From an uncultured Planctomycetales bacterium (GTDB lineage: Bacteria; Omnitrophota; Gorgyraeia; Zapsychrales; JBDRMG01): DNA of 64,000 nt. The notes under the pieces were generated by a model. That model saw nothing but the letters and a program-made list of their open reading frames with translations. It was not told the DNA's origin and searched no databases. The stretch lies in assembly GCA_964478715.1 (NCBI GenBank), contig CAYZIY010000007.1, forward strand, positions 20,220 through 84,219, given 5' to 3'. Below are positions 41,197 to 49,210 of this stretch, in pieces. Position 1 is the stretch's first letter, and each line of letters opens with the position of its first letter. The translations under genes were made by a program, and so were the position numbers.

Positions 41197-42099
41197 ATGA
41201 GCTTGCTTGTTTTAGGAACAGTCGCCTTAGATCATGTCAAAACACCCAGCGGGAATAAAAAAGATCTGTTGGGTGGTTCAGCCGCCCATTTTGCCATGGC
41301 GGCCCGTCTTTTTACCAAGGTCCATATGGTGGGCATTATCGGCTGGGATTTCCCGACCCGCCATTTAAATTACCTGAAAAAAAAAGAAATCGATATTGCT
41401 TCCTTAAAGAAAACATCAGGAAAAAGCTTCCGCTGGATGGGGGAATACAAAAAGGAAAATCTCAACCAGGCCCTCACTCTCAAAACTGAACTGGGTGTTC
41501 TCGCCGATTATGACCCCTGGATTGCGGCTCGCCAGCAGTCTCTTAAGGATATTTTTCTGGCCAATATTGATCCGGATATGCAGATGAATCTTTTACAGAA
41601 ACTGAAGAAGGTGCACTTTGTCGGTTGTGACAGTATGAATTTATGGATTCATCATAAGAGAAAATCACTCAAGAAATTACTGAAAAAAGTGGATCTTTTT
41701 GTCGTTAATGATCAGGAAGCCCGTGATCTTTCCGGCGAAATGAATTTAATCAAAGCGGCCAAGCTGTTGAGAAAGATGGGCCCGAGTCTTATCGTCATTA
41801 AAAAAGGGGAGCATGGCGTTTATTTTTATTGTGACCGTTTTCATTTTTCTTATCCGGCTTATCCGATTGAAAAAGTAATTGATCCTACCGGAGCGGGAGA
41901 CACCTTTGCCGGAGGGCTGATGGGTTATCTGACCAAAGTGAAAAAACATAACAACCCATCTTTAAAAAAGGCCGTTTTATATGCCACAACCGTGGCTTCA
42001 TTTAATGTGGAGGGATTTGGATTAAGCAGAACTTCGCGCCTGTCGATGGCACGCGTAAATCGAAGGCTTAAGGAATATCAACAGTTCATTTCTTTTTAA
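41197..42099 (+). CDS. PfkB-family carbohydrate/nucleoside kinase
   Basis: Ribokinase fold with DPTGAGDTFAGG anion-hole motif. Confidence 0.8.
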   Translation: MSLLVLGTVALDHVKTPSGNKKDLLGGSAAHFAMAARLFTKVHMVGIIGWDFPTRHLNYLKKKEIDIASLKKTSGKSFRWMGEYKKENLNQALTLKTELGVLADYDPWIAARQQSLKDIFLANIDPDMQMNLLQKLKKVHFVGCDSMNLWIHHKRKSLKKLLKKVDLFVVNDQEARDLSGEMNLIKAAKLLRKMGPSLIVIKKGEHGVYFYCDRFHFSYPAYPIEKVIDPTGAGDTFAGGLMGYLTKVKKHNNPSLKKAVLYATTVASFNVEGFGLSRTSRLSMARVNRRLKEYQQFISF

Positions 42100-42105
42100 A
42101 ACTTT

Positions 42106-43122
42106 ATGGCTTCTTATTCTTTTGAAAAAAATCTCAACGAGACAGCTCAGCTGATCCGTAAGGCGAAAAAAATCATCATTGCCTGTCATATGAATCCTGA
42201 TGGGGATGCCCTGGGATCCCTGCTGGGGCTGGGAATTGCCTTAAGACGGATTAAGAAGAAAGTGATTCTTCTTTGTCCGGATAAGGTCCCCAGCCGGTAT
42301 ATCGCCTTGCCCTGCGCCAGGCAGGTTCGTCAAAAATATTCTCAAGGGGCCGATGTGGCGATTAGCGTGGATTGCGGCTCACTGGCCCAGCTTTCCCGCC
42401 TAGAGCAGGCCTTTCATCAGTCCAGGCGGATTATCGAAATTGATCATCATGAATATCGCACCCGGTTTGGCGACATCCAGCTTGTGGATCGCAAAAAGGC
42501 CTCGGTGGGCGAGATCATTTATTTGCTGGCCAGAAAAATGAGGATCAAGATCACCAAGCCGGTGGCCGAATGCCTGCTTACGTCGATGTTGGTTGAAACC
42601 TGCTCTTTTTCCCGTCCGGATGTCAAAGAATCCACTTTCGAGATTTGCTCTCATTTGATGCAGTCTGGCGCGGATTTTATGAAAATCAGCAATCATTATT
42701 ACTGGAAGAAGAAACTTTCCGTTCTGCGTTTAAGCGGTTTATGTTTTGTTCGGATTCGTATAAGCGTCAGCAACCAGCTGGCCTGGTCCATCCTTACTCA
42801 AAAAGATTTCGAAGATTATCAGGGTGGTCAGGAAGATGTGGATTCGGTTCCGGATGATATGCTCACCATAGATAGCGTGCAGGTGACTCTGCTTTTCAGG
42901 GAGATAGACAATAATATGCTGCGCGTTAGCCTGCGCTCTAAAGGAAAAATCGATGTCGGGTATTTGGCCAGTATTTACGGTGGCGGCGGACATCAGAATG
43001 TGGGCGGCTGTCGCATTCATAACAATAAGAAAATGATTGAGCGCTTTATCGAACAGGCCGGCCAGCTTATTCAATACAAGAAAACGATTCCAATCCATCC
43101 TGCCCAAAGTGCCATCCGATAA
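42106..43122 (+). CDS. nrnA: DHH/DHHA1 phosphoesterase (NrnA-type oligoribonuclease / pAp phosphatase)
   Basis: DHH motifs (HMNPDGDALGS, DHH) and GGGH in the DHHA1 domain. Confidence 0.8.
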   Translation: MASYSFEKNLNETAQLIRKAKKIIIACHMNPDGDALGSLLGLGIALRRIKKKVILLCPDKVPSRYIALPCARQVRQKYSQGADVAISVDCGSLAQLSRLEQAFHQSRRIIEIDHHEYRTRFGDIQLVDRKKASVGEIIYLLARKMRIKITKPVAECLLTSMLVETCSFSRPDVKESTFEICSHLMQSGADFMKISNHYYWKKKLSVLRLSGLCFVRIRISVSNQLAWSILTQKDFEDYQGGQEDVDSVPDDMLTIDSVQVTLLFREIDNNMLRVSLRSKGKIDVGYLASIYGGGGHQNVGGCRIHNNKKMIERFIEQAGQLIQYKKTIPIHPAQSAIR

Positions 43123-43123
43123 A

Positions 43124-44044
43124 ATGACAACACGCTGCGGTTTTGTTTCTATTGTGGGTCGGCCCAATGTCGGCAAATCCACGCTTTTAAATACCATTCT
43201 TAAAAGAAAAGTGGCGATTGTTTCCAAAATCCCCCAGACCACCCGTAATCAAATCCGGGGTATTTATAATGAAGAGCGCGGGCAGATTGTTTTTCTGGAT
43301 ACTCCGGGTATGCATTTAGCCAAAGACCGCCTGGATCAGATGATGAATAAAGACAGCCTGGCCACTTTAGAGGGAGCCGATTGCGTGATTCATGTGACAG
43401 ATCCGACCCGCGCCATTGGTCCGGAAGAGCGAATGGTTGTAGACCGCTTAAAGACTATTGAGGCGCCTGTGATTTTGGCTTTCAATAAAGCGGACTGTAA
43501 GCCGCGATTTATGGATCAGTATATTTCCTTGTGGGAGCAGGTGAAGCTCCGAAGCATTCAGGAATGTGACCATATGATTCTGCTTCCTATTTCGGCTAAG
43601 ACAGGCGTCAATATCGCGAAAATGATCGATCTAATTTTTGAAAAACTTCCCTCAAGCCCGCCCTTTTATCCGCTCACCCAATTTTCGGATATCCCTCAGC
43701 CTGTATGGATTGGCGATATTATTCGGGAAAAGTTCTTAGATTTGATGCGTCAGGAAATTCCCCATGCCCTGGCTGTGGTGATCGAAAACATGACCTTTAA
43801 AGCGAGTAAGGTTCTGGTCCTTCAGGTGGCCGTTTATGTAGAGCGGCCATCACAGAAAGAAATCGTGATCGGGAAAAAGGGTCAGATTTTGAAGAAAGTC
43901 GGCACAAAATCCCGTCAGGAACTCGAGCAGGAATTTAAACGCAAAATATTCTTGGAATTAAACGTGAAAGTCAAGAAAAACTGGCGGGACAATAGCGAAG
44001 TTCTCGAAAGATTAGGTTATGATTTGTTCTCTTCCCAGCAATGA
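43124..44044 (+). CDS. era: GTPase Era
   Basis: GRPNVGKSTLLN G1 motif, DTPG, NKAD, C-terminal KH domain. ATG one nucleotide after the nrnA stop. Confidence 0.9.
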   Translation: MTTRCGFVSIVGRPNVGKSTLLNTILKRKVAIVSKIPQTTRNQIRGIYNEERGQIVFLDTPGMHLAKDRLDQMMNKDSLATLEGADCVIHVTDPTRAIGPEERMVVDRLKTIEAPVILAFNKADCKPRFMDQYISLWEQVKLRSIQECDHMILLPISAKTGVNIAKMIDLIFEKLPSSPPFYPLTQFSDIPQPVWIGDIIREKFLDLMRQEIPHALAVVIENMTFKASKVLVLQVAVYVERPSQKEIVIGKKGQILKKVGTKSRQELEQEFKRKIFLELNVKVKKNWRDNSEVLERLGYDLFSSQQ

Positions 44045-44054
44045 TCCCCTGCTG

Positions 44055-46916
44055 TTACATTTCTTTCGGTTGAGTTAAGAGAATTTCGTCATCCGGGGTC
44101 AGAGCCAGCGGGTGATAATCCCAGGTATTTCCGCTTAAGGCCGAGGCGGCCGTGGCATTTAACGGCAGTTCCACAGAAAGAATTTCCGAAATAAAAACAA
44201 GGTCTCCCGGAGGTCGGCTACTTGAGAGCAGATAGCTGATATCGTAAATTTTTCTCGGCTCGCCATTAAAACTCAGCAAATCCCAGGGGGCCGCTTCTGT
44301 GACACCAAACGCCGATTGTCCTGACTGATCACGTCCGCGAACCCAGTAGGCGGAATGCCCCGAAAAATTATCTATTAAATTCTGTGGTTCCGGTGACAAT
44401 GCGCTGAAAGGAATAGGATTCTCCGTATATGACTGGTCCCAGTATCTGCTGTTGGGCTCAATCGGGCCGTGAAGAGGCCGGAATTCATTACCCAGCTGGA
44501 TGAAAGATCCGGTAACAACAGGTTCATTTTGATGCCAGCAGGATAAAGGATCTCCGCCGCAAGGCGGGGTTAAGTGATCTCCGGGATCGCTGTGAAAATT
44601 CCAGAGTTCTTCGGTGACATGCGGATCCCAGGCTCTGGGCCCAATAAGAGAGATATTATAATTAATCACATTGTTGCCAGAACTGTCTTCAACGGTCCCC
44701 TCGACGAAATTGGGCATTTGCGGCTCATCGGGATTTTCATCATCCGGAAACATATCATAAAGATAATTGTAGCCATCCTGGCCGTTTTCATCAAAGGCAT
44801 AATCGGTCTCAAAACCGGATCCTTCCGGTAGAGTGATATAGACAGCTGAAGCGGGATTGATAGGAGAGACTACTGTTTCTGCGTAAGGATAGTCTGGATG
44901 ATGATGCGGCATGCGCAGATAGCGGGGATAGCGAAAGCCTTCGCTTACTAAAAAGACATCATCGCTGACAATGGCGGCCGAGGGTTTTCGGGCATTTGTA
45001 TTGTAATGACCTTCCAGAATCAGATCGCCATGGATGACGAAGGTGGCTCCGTTGGGGGCACCGTCTTTTTGAGGGAGTTCTCCGGCATTATACACGGCAG
45101 CACCGACGTAATACTGCCTTTGATCCCCTTCGGATTCGATAAATTGTACGTCAGAAATATATAGCCCGTTTTCAGGCAGCCAGTCTGAAGAATCATTGGC
45201 CGCGCAGTCTTTCAAGGCCGACATGTTTGTTCGCAAAACTGTCATGGGAAGCCCGTCGACATGCCGGATAAAACTGCGCAGTTCAAAAAGGCTCTCTTCG
45301 TCTGATCCGCATTCTATCGGGGGAGCAATGGACCGATTCTCATAAGGGTTGTCAAAATCGAAACGCAGATCCGTATCATCGGTAACGGGAATTCCGTTTA
45401 CGCTGACTTCGAGGTAATAAGTACCGTTTTTTTCTTTGGCTGCGGCCACAAAGGCCTGGTCCGAATTTTTATTGAGAATCGAGTTCAGATTCATTTCAGG
45501 CGGGCTGATGGTGCTGACATCATCCTGGAACACTCCGGCGAGTCCTTCAATTCTATAAGGGGTATCTTCTCCGGAAGGATAATTTCGATTGATGCTTTCA
45601 CTGAAGGCAAAAAATTCCGGTTGCTTTTCGGAATCTGTCAACTGCATGCCGGTCACCCGCGGATCGCCCGGCGCATGACGGCCCATATACATGAATCTGT
45701 CATTGTAAGCGGTGCCAAAACGATTGGGGAGATAATAGTCGTTGATCTTGGGCATCGCCTCGTAATAATTTTCGTTATTGGAAGTTCCGTCGGCGCAGGT
45801 ATTTGTTGAATGGCAATTGATATCCTGCTGCCAGTACACATAGGCCCGGCTTTCTGACGACCCGTCCCAGGCCCCCGCATCAAACGGTGGATTTAAAAAT
45901 GGTGTCTGCGGCCAGGGCCAGATTGGCAGATTGTTGGATTCTTGGTCCCATTCGACGAATTTGCCTGTAGCGGTATCAAAGGCCAGCAAGCCCTGTCTGT
46001 CACCGGCATAATGGCCGTCCATTTTATTGATATAGTTTTCCTGATCCCACAGCCATCTATCTAGTGTATCGTTAGGTAAAATCAGAGGTCGGCGCAGATG
46101 GGGATAGATATTTGTATAATCATGACTATCGACTGCTCCTCCGCTGACAGGATCATATACCTGGCCGTCGATAAAATCATCAGGATGGACAAAGGGCGAG
46201 AAGGCATAGGAAATCTTTCCGGTGGCCTTAAGCTCATCCACGTTTTCGATGATGGTGTAATCATTCAAAAGGATATTGCCGTTAGTGTGGATTTTTCCGC
46301 CCTGGGCGTTAAGCAGCTGCCATCCGAGAGAGAGGTCTTCGTTGTTAAACAGGGCATATTGAAACATATCGGTGATTTCTATTTTCATGGCAAAAAGGCG
46401 GGTCACCGTATTATGAATGCCCAGAGCCAGGACATAGAGAGCGTTCTCATTGTCTTTACAATATGTTTTTAGGGCAAAAAGAGGATGGCCGTTTTCATCC
46501 AGCGCTCCGTAGTCAATAGAATCAATACCCCGGCTCACCAAATAAGGGAAATCATCAGCCGATAACTGGTGGTTAAATACAATACCGGGGATGTCGGAAT
46601 CTGTCGGGCAATTATCAACACAATGTTCAAGCGCGTTATTTTCGGTATTGAGAATATGGGTGGTGAATTCACCTGTGGATATCGATGCATTATTTTTGAT
46701 TTCATGATAGGCGTATTCTACGCCTTTACGGGCATGCAATTCCGCGGCCAAACTGTCATGCAGGATATGCCCTTGATTATTGCCCGAGACAGCCCGGGCA
46801 AAATTGGCCGCGGCATAGGTGACCACCAGGATCAAGACAGGATACAAAACCAGCGAGAAGGCGATGCCTTTTTGATTCTTTTTTCTTTGATCTTTTTTTA
46901 AAATTATTTGGCTCAT
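44055..46916 (-). CDS. Giant (953 aa) secreted or pilus-associated protein with a TadE/TadG-like pseudopilin N-terminus. Paralogue of 49211-52015
   Basis: N-terminal KGIAFSLVLYPVLILVVTYAAANFARAV resembles the TadE-like anchor (RGAAAVEFALVLPVLLLLLFGIVEFG). Shared blocks with the paralogue include KIHTNGNILLNDYTIIENV...FVHPDD, ILEGHYNTN...SEGFRYPRYL..HHPDYPYAE and a C-terminal PWDLLSFN. Confidence 0.6.
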   Translation of the reverse strand: MSQIILKKDQRKKNQKGIAFSLVLYPVLILVVTYAAANFARAVSGNNQGHILHDSLAAELHARKGVEYAYHEIKNNASISTGEFTTHILNTENNALEHCVDNCPTDSDIPGIVFNHQLSADDFPYLVSRGIDSIDYGALDENGHPLFALKTYCKDNENALYVLALGIHNTVTRLFAMKIEITDMFQYALFNNEDLSLGWQLLNAQGGKIHTNGNILLNDYTIIENVDELKATGKISYAFSPFVHPDDFIDGQVYDPVSGGAVDSHDYTNIYPHLRRPLILPNDTLDRWLWDQENYINKMDGHYAGDRQGLLAFDTATGKFVEWDQESNNLPIWPWPQTPFLNPPFDAGAWDGSSESRAYVYWQQDINCHSTNTCADGTSNNENYYEAMPKINDYYLPNRFGTAYNDRFMYMGRHAPGDPRVTGMQLTDSEKQPEFFAFSESINRNYPSGEDTPYRIEGLAGVFQDDVSTISPPEMNLNSILNKNSDQAFVAAAKEKNGTYYLEVSVNGIPVTDDTDLRFDFDNPYENRSIAPPIECGSDEESLFELRSFIRHVDGLPMTVLRTNMSALKDCAANDSSDWLPENGLYISDVQFIESEGDQRQYYVGAAVYNAGELPQKDGAPNGATFVIHGDLILEGHYNTNARKPSAAIVSDDVFLVSEGFRYPRYLRMPHHHPDYPYAETVVSPINPASAVYITLPEGSGFETDYAFDENGQDGYNYLYDMFPDDENPDEPQMPNFVEGTVEDSSGNNVINYNISLIGPRAWDPHVTEELWNFHSDPGDHLTPPCGGDPLSCWHQNEPVVTGSFIQLGNEFRPLHGPIEPNSRYWDQSYTENPIPFSALSPEPQNLIDNFSGHSAYWVRGRDQSGQSAFGVTEAAPWDLLSFNGEPRKIYDISYLLSSSRPPGDLVFISEILSVELPLNATAASALSGNTWDYHPLALTPDDEILLTQPKEM

Positions 46917-46942
46917 GATTATTGCTCGTTTTGCTTACTTTA

Positions 46943-47812
46943 TCAGCGTATTTCTTTAGGCGCCGTTCGGCAGTCATCAGGGCAAGTTACTGATGTTTCA
47001 TCACCGCTGCAAATTCCGTCACCGCAGCGCGTGCAATCTTCCGGACAGCTTATGGCGGTTTCATCACCGTTACACATTTCGTCACCGCAATGTTGACAAT
47101 CTTGAGCACAATTGTCCGGGTCTTCATCAATGTCGCAGTTTCCATCGCCGCAAAAAGTTTGAGGCTCACAATCCGCGGGGCAGGTGGTTTCGCTCTCAGT
47201 GGCATCGCAGACGCCGTCACCGCAGACCACACACACGCCGCAGTCCTGAGGGCAGGAATAACAGTCTTCGGATTGGTCACATTTATCATTGCCGCAGAAC
47301 TCGCAAGTGGTCATATCTTGCTGACAGTTTTCGCAGGTTTCGTCGGGGTCTTCTATGCCGTTTCCGCAGTCCGGCAGTTCATCGCAGTCCTGGGGGCATT
47401 CTTCGAACGTTTCGCGGATATCGCATAGGCCGTTACCGCAGAGAATGGAGGTATAAATATTATCGATATCATTAAGCTGAACTTTTGTTTCGATGTTCAT
47501 GGCTCTGATAGAGGGATAAAGCTCTTGATCGGGTGTGATTTTGATGTGCACCGTCTGGTTACTCAAGTTTCGGGTTACTTCCAGAGAATCAGCCACACCC
47601 AGAGTGCGCCACGAGCGGATTTCGGGGTCAGGAACCTCATCCGCGCCGGTTTGCATCCCGCCGCCAGGTTGGCCGCCTCCGGGGAGGCTATCCGCCCAAG
47701 ATGTCGCCGATGCGAGGCTTATGCAAAACCAAACGATTAAAAAGAAAAAGACGCTAAAAAAGGAAAGATTTTTTGCTAGGATGTTTATCTTGAATGTTTT
47801 CATTGAGAGCAT
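46943..47812 (-). CDS. Secreted cysteine-rich repeat protein with about 7 tandem CGDGxC-x8-10-CPxDC modules
   Basis: Signal peptide MKTFKINILAKNLSFFSVFFFLIVWFCISLASA. Repeats include CGNGLCDIRETFEECPQDC, CGDGVCDATESETTCPADC, CGDGNCDIDEDPDNCAQDC and CGDGICSGDETSVTCPDDC. The ORF-track N-terminal extension into the upstream gene is probably spurious, so the start is uncertain (47812 or 47803). Confidence 0.55.
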   Translation of the reverse strand: MLSMKTFKINILAKNLSFFSVFFFLIVWFCISLASATSWADSLPGGGQPGGGMQTGADEVPDPEIRSWRTLGVADSLEVTRNLSNQTVHIKITPDQELYPSIRAMNIETKVQLNDIDNIYTSILCGNGLCDIRETFEECPQDCDELPDCGNGIEDPDETCENCQQDMTTCEFCGNDKCDQSEDCYSCPQDCGVCVVCGDGVCDATESETTCPADCEPQTFCGDGNCDIDEDPDNCAQDCQHCGDEMCNGDETAISCPEDCTRCGDGICSGDETSVTCPDDCRTAPKEIR

Positions 47813-47819
47813 GTTCTTT

Positions 47820-48905
47820 CTATTTTTCATTATTTTCTGGACCCTCATTATGGACAATAATCCCATCGGCGATATACGTATGCAGAGGATTGACGACAAA
47901 ATTATAGCTTGTAACTGTTTCATGAATTTCGTCGATCGAATTAATGCGAAAGTCACGGCCTTGTTCATCGGTCAGAAAGTCTCCTATCCGCAAAGTGTCC
48001 AACCGCACATAACGGCCCCGGCTTAAGACCGGATGATTAGGAGAGACTTTGATCGAATCATTGATGATCCAGTATTTATGAGTATTATTGTGCGACAGGG
48101 TGCCTGTGACACGGTCGGGTTGAAATTTTTGACTGGAAGCATCGAAGGCCAGAACGATATCCCCGACAGCGATATTTTCAATTGGCTTGGTGGATCCCCC
48201 GGCCATCGTGATTTTGGTCCCGGCCAGAAAACAGTTTCCGGCGCCGCAGGTTCCACAGTCGGCGCTGCACGAGCAGGCGGTCTCTCCGGCCTCACCACAG
48301 CAGACCCCATCCCCGCAGACAATTGCCCCGCACTCCGCGCAATTGCACACACTTTCTCCTCGGGTGGATTCACAGACCCCGTCACCGCAGCAATCGGTGC
48401 CGGTGGCTATATAATCTTCCTCGCACCAGGAGCAGTCTTCACCAAGATCCACATCTACTTTGCCGTCTCCGCAGAAATCTTCGTAACAAAGCACCCGCTC
48501 TATCAATTGCCCGTCGGTTGCGCCGCCGGAAGCCACATAATATTCATAATAACAACCGATATCATTAAGCGCGCCGAATTTAATATTGTCGTATTCATTA
48601 ATATAGCTTTCGCCGACTTTGGTGGGAATTTTAAAGCGGATCAGATGGCCCGAGCACGGGGGAGAATCCAATTCGTCACAGTTTTTGATGGTAACCATTT
48701 TGATATCCGATTGGCTAAGTATATTGGCCATACGCCCGACCGCATTACGGGCATCGGAGACCTGCTGAATAGCTTCATCCGCGATCTTGTAGCTTTCGCG
48801 TGTTTGAATCAAGGATGTGGCAAAGGCCCCGCCGATGATCACCAGAATAGTCATCACGGCCAGGATCTCAGTCAGGGTAAAGGCGTTTATTCTAAAGATT
48901 TTCAT
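47820..48905 (-). CDS. Type IV pilin/pseudopilin-like protein with extracellular Cys-rich repeats and a C-terminal Hint (bacterial intein-like) domain
   Basis: MKIFRINA-FTLTEILAVMTILVIIGG is a class III signal with Glu at +5. Repeats CGDGKVDVDLGEDCSWC, CGDGVCESTRGESVCNCAEC, CGDGVCCGEAGETACSCSADC. Hint block CFLAGTKITMAGG...IAVGDIVLAFD...VSPNHPVL...HTYIADGIIVHN ending in HN then E. Confidence 0.65.
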   Translation of the reverse strand: MKIFRINAFTLTEILAVMTILVIIGGAFATSLIQTRESYKIADEAIQQVSDARNAVGRMANILSQSDIKMVTIKNCDELDSPPCSGHLIRFKIPTKVGESYINEYDNIKFGALNDIGCYYEYYVASGGATDGQLIERVLCYEDFCGDGKVDVDLGEDCSWCEEDYIATGTDCCGDGVCESTRGESVCNCAECGAIVCGDGVCCGEAGETACSCSADCGTCGAGNCFLAGTKITMAGGSTKPIENIAVGDIVLAFDASSQKFQPDRVTGTLSHNNTHKYWIINDSIKVSPNHPVLSRGRYVRLDTLRIGDFLTDEQGRDFRINSIDEIHETVTSYNFVVNPLHTYIADGIIVHNEGPENNEK

Positions 48906-49107
48906 TGCCGGCTCCTAAACAAAAAACCCATCCGCAAAGGATGGGTTTTAAAGAGTTGACAGTATGTTGGCGGCCAGGCTGTCTCACCGATTAAATCGGC
49001 GGACCCTATAGCTTTGCGTCCTATCCTTGCGGATTCCGCTGAAAACTTAAGCGGATCTACCGTTGTTAGCGGCGGAAGTTTACCTTTATCAGCATCTAAT
49101 AGTACTC
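48906..49107 (-). promoter_or_regulatory. Conserved structured 5' leader RNA (copy 1) with a terminator-like hairpin abutting the RBS. Candidate riboswitch or attenuator
   Basis: Minus-strand reading: ...GCGGAATCCGCAAGGATAGGACGCAAAGCTATAGGGTCC...GCCAACATA...AAAACCCATCC-TTTGC-GGATGGGTTTTTTGTTT-AGGAGCCGGCA-ATG. Homologous to copy 2 (53659-53916) with compensatory stem changes. Confidence 0.45.
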
Positions 49108-49150
49108 TAGGATAAGTATAACACATAGATATGTCCCGACAAGAAGAGCA
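49108..49150 (-). promoter_or_regulatory. Sigma70-like promoter (TTGTCG, 18 nt, TGTGTTATACT extended -10) driving leader copy 1
   Basis: The -35, spacer and extended -10 arrangement is conserved with copy 2 (TTGTCC, 17 nt, TGTGTTATACT). Confidence 0.4.
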
Positions 49151-49210
49151 TACCAAAAATGGGAGTGAAAAGGAAGCGTTTTTCTAAAAACTACTTCTAA
49201 AAACTGCCTT

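Noticed and set aside
46993-47475. Multiple overlapping ORFs on both strands across the Cys-repeat genes (46993-47475 +, 47090-47428 +, 47050-47289 -, 48033-48959 +, 48023-48385 -, 52974-53330 -, 52987-53340 +, 52926-53228 +)
   Set aside because: The GC-rich, repetitive Cys/Gly/Asp codon tracts keep several frames open. The minus-strand frames encode coherent pilin-like and repeat proteins with RBSs, while the others translate to low-complexity Arg/His/Pro strings.
48906-49107. Calling the leader a bona fide c-di-GMP-I (GEMM) riboswitch
   Set aside because: Only the ACGCAAAGC-like segment and the biological context fit. The canonical P2 GNRA hairpin and P3 receptor arrangement could not be identified by eye, so it is reported as an unclassified structured leader instead.
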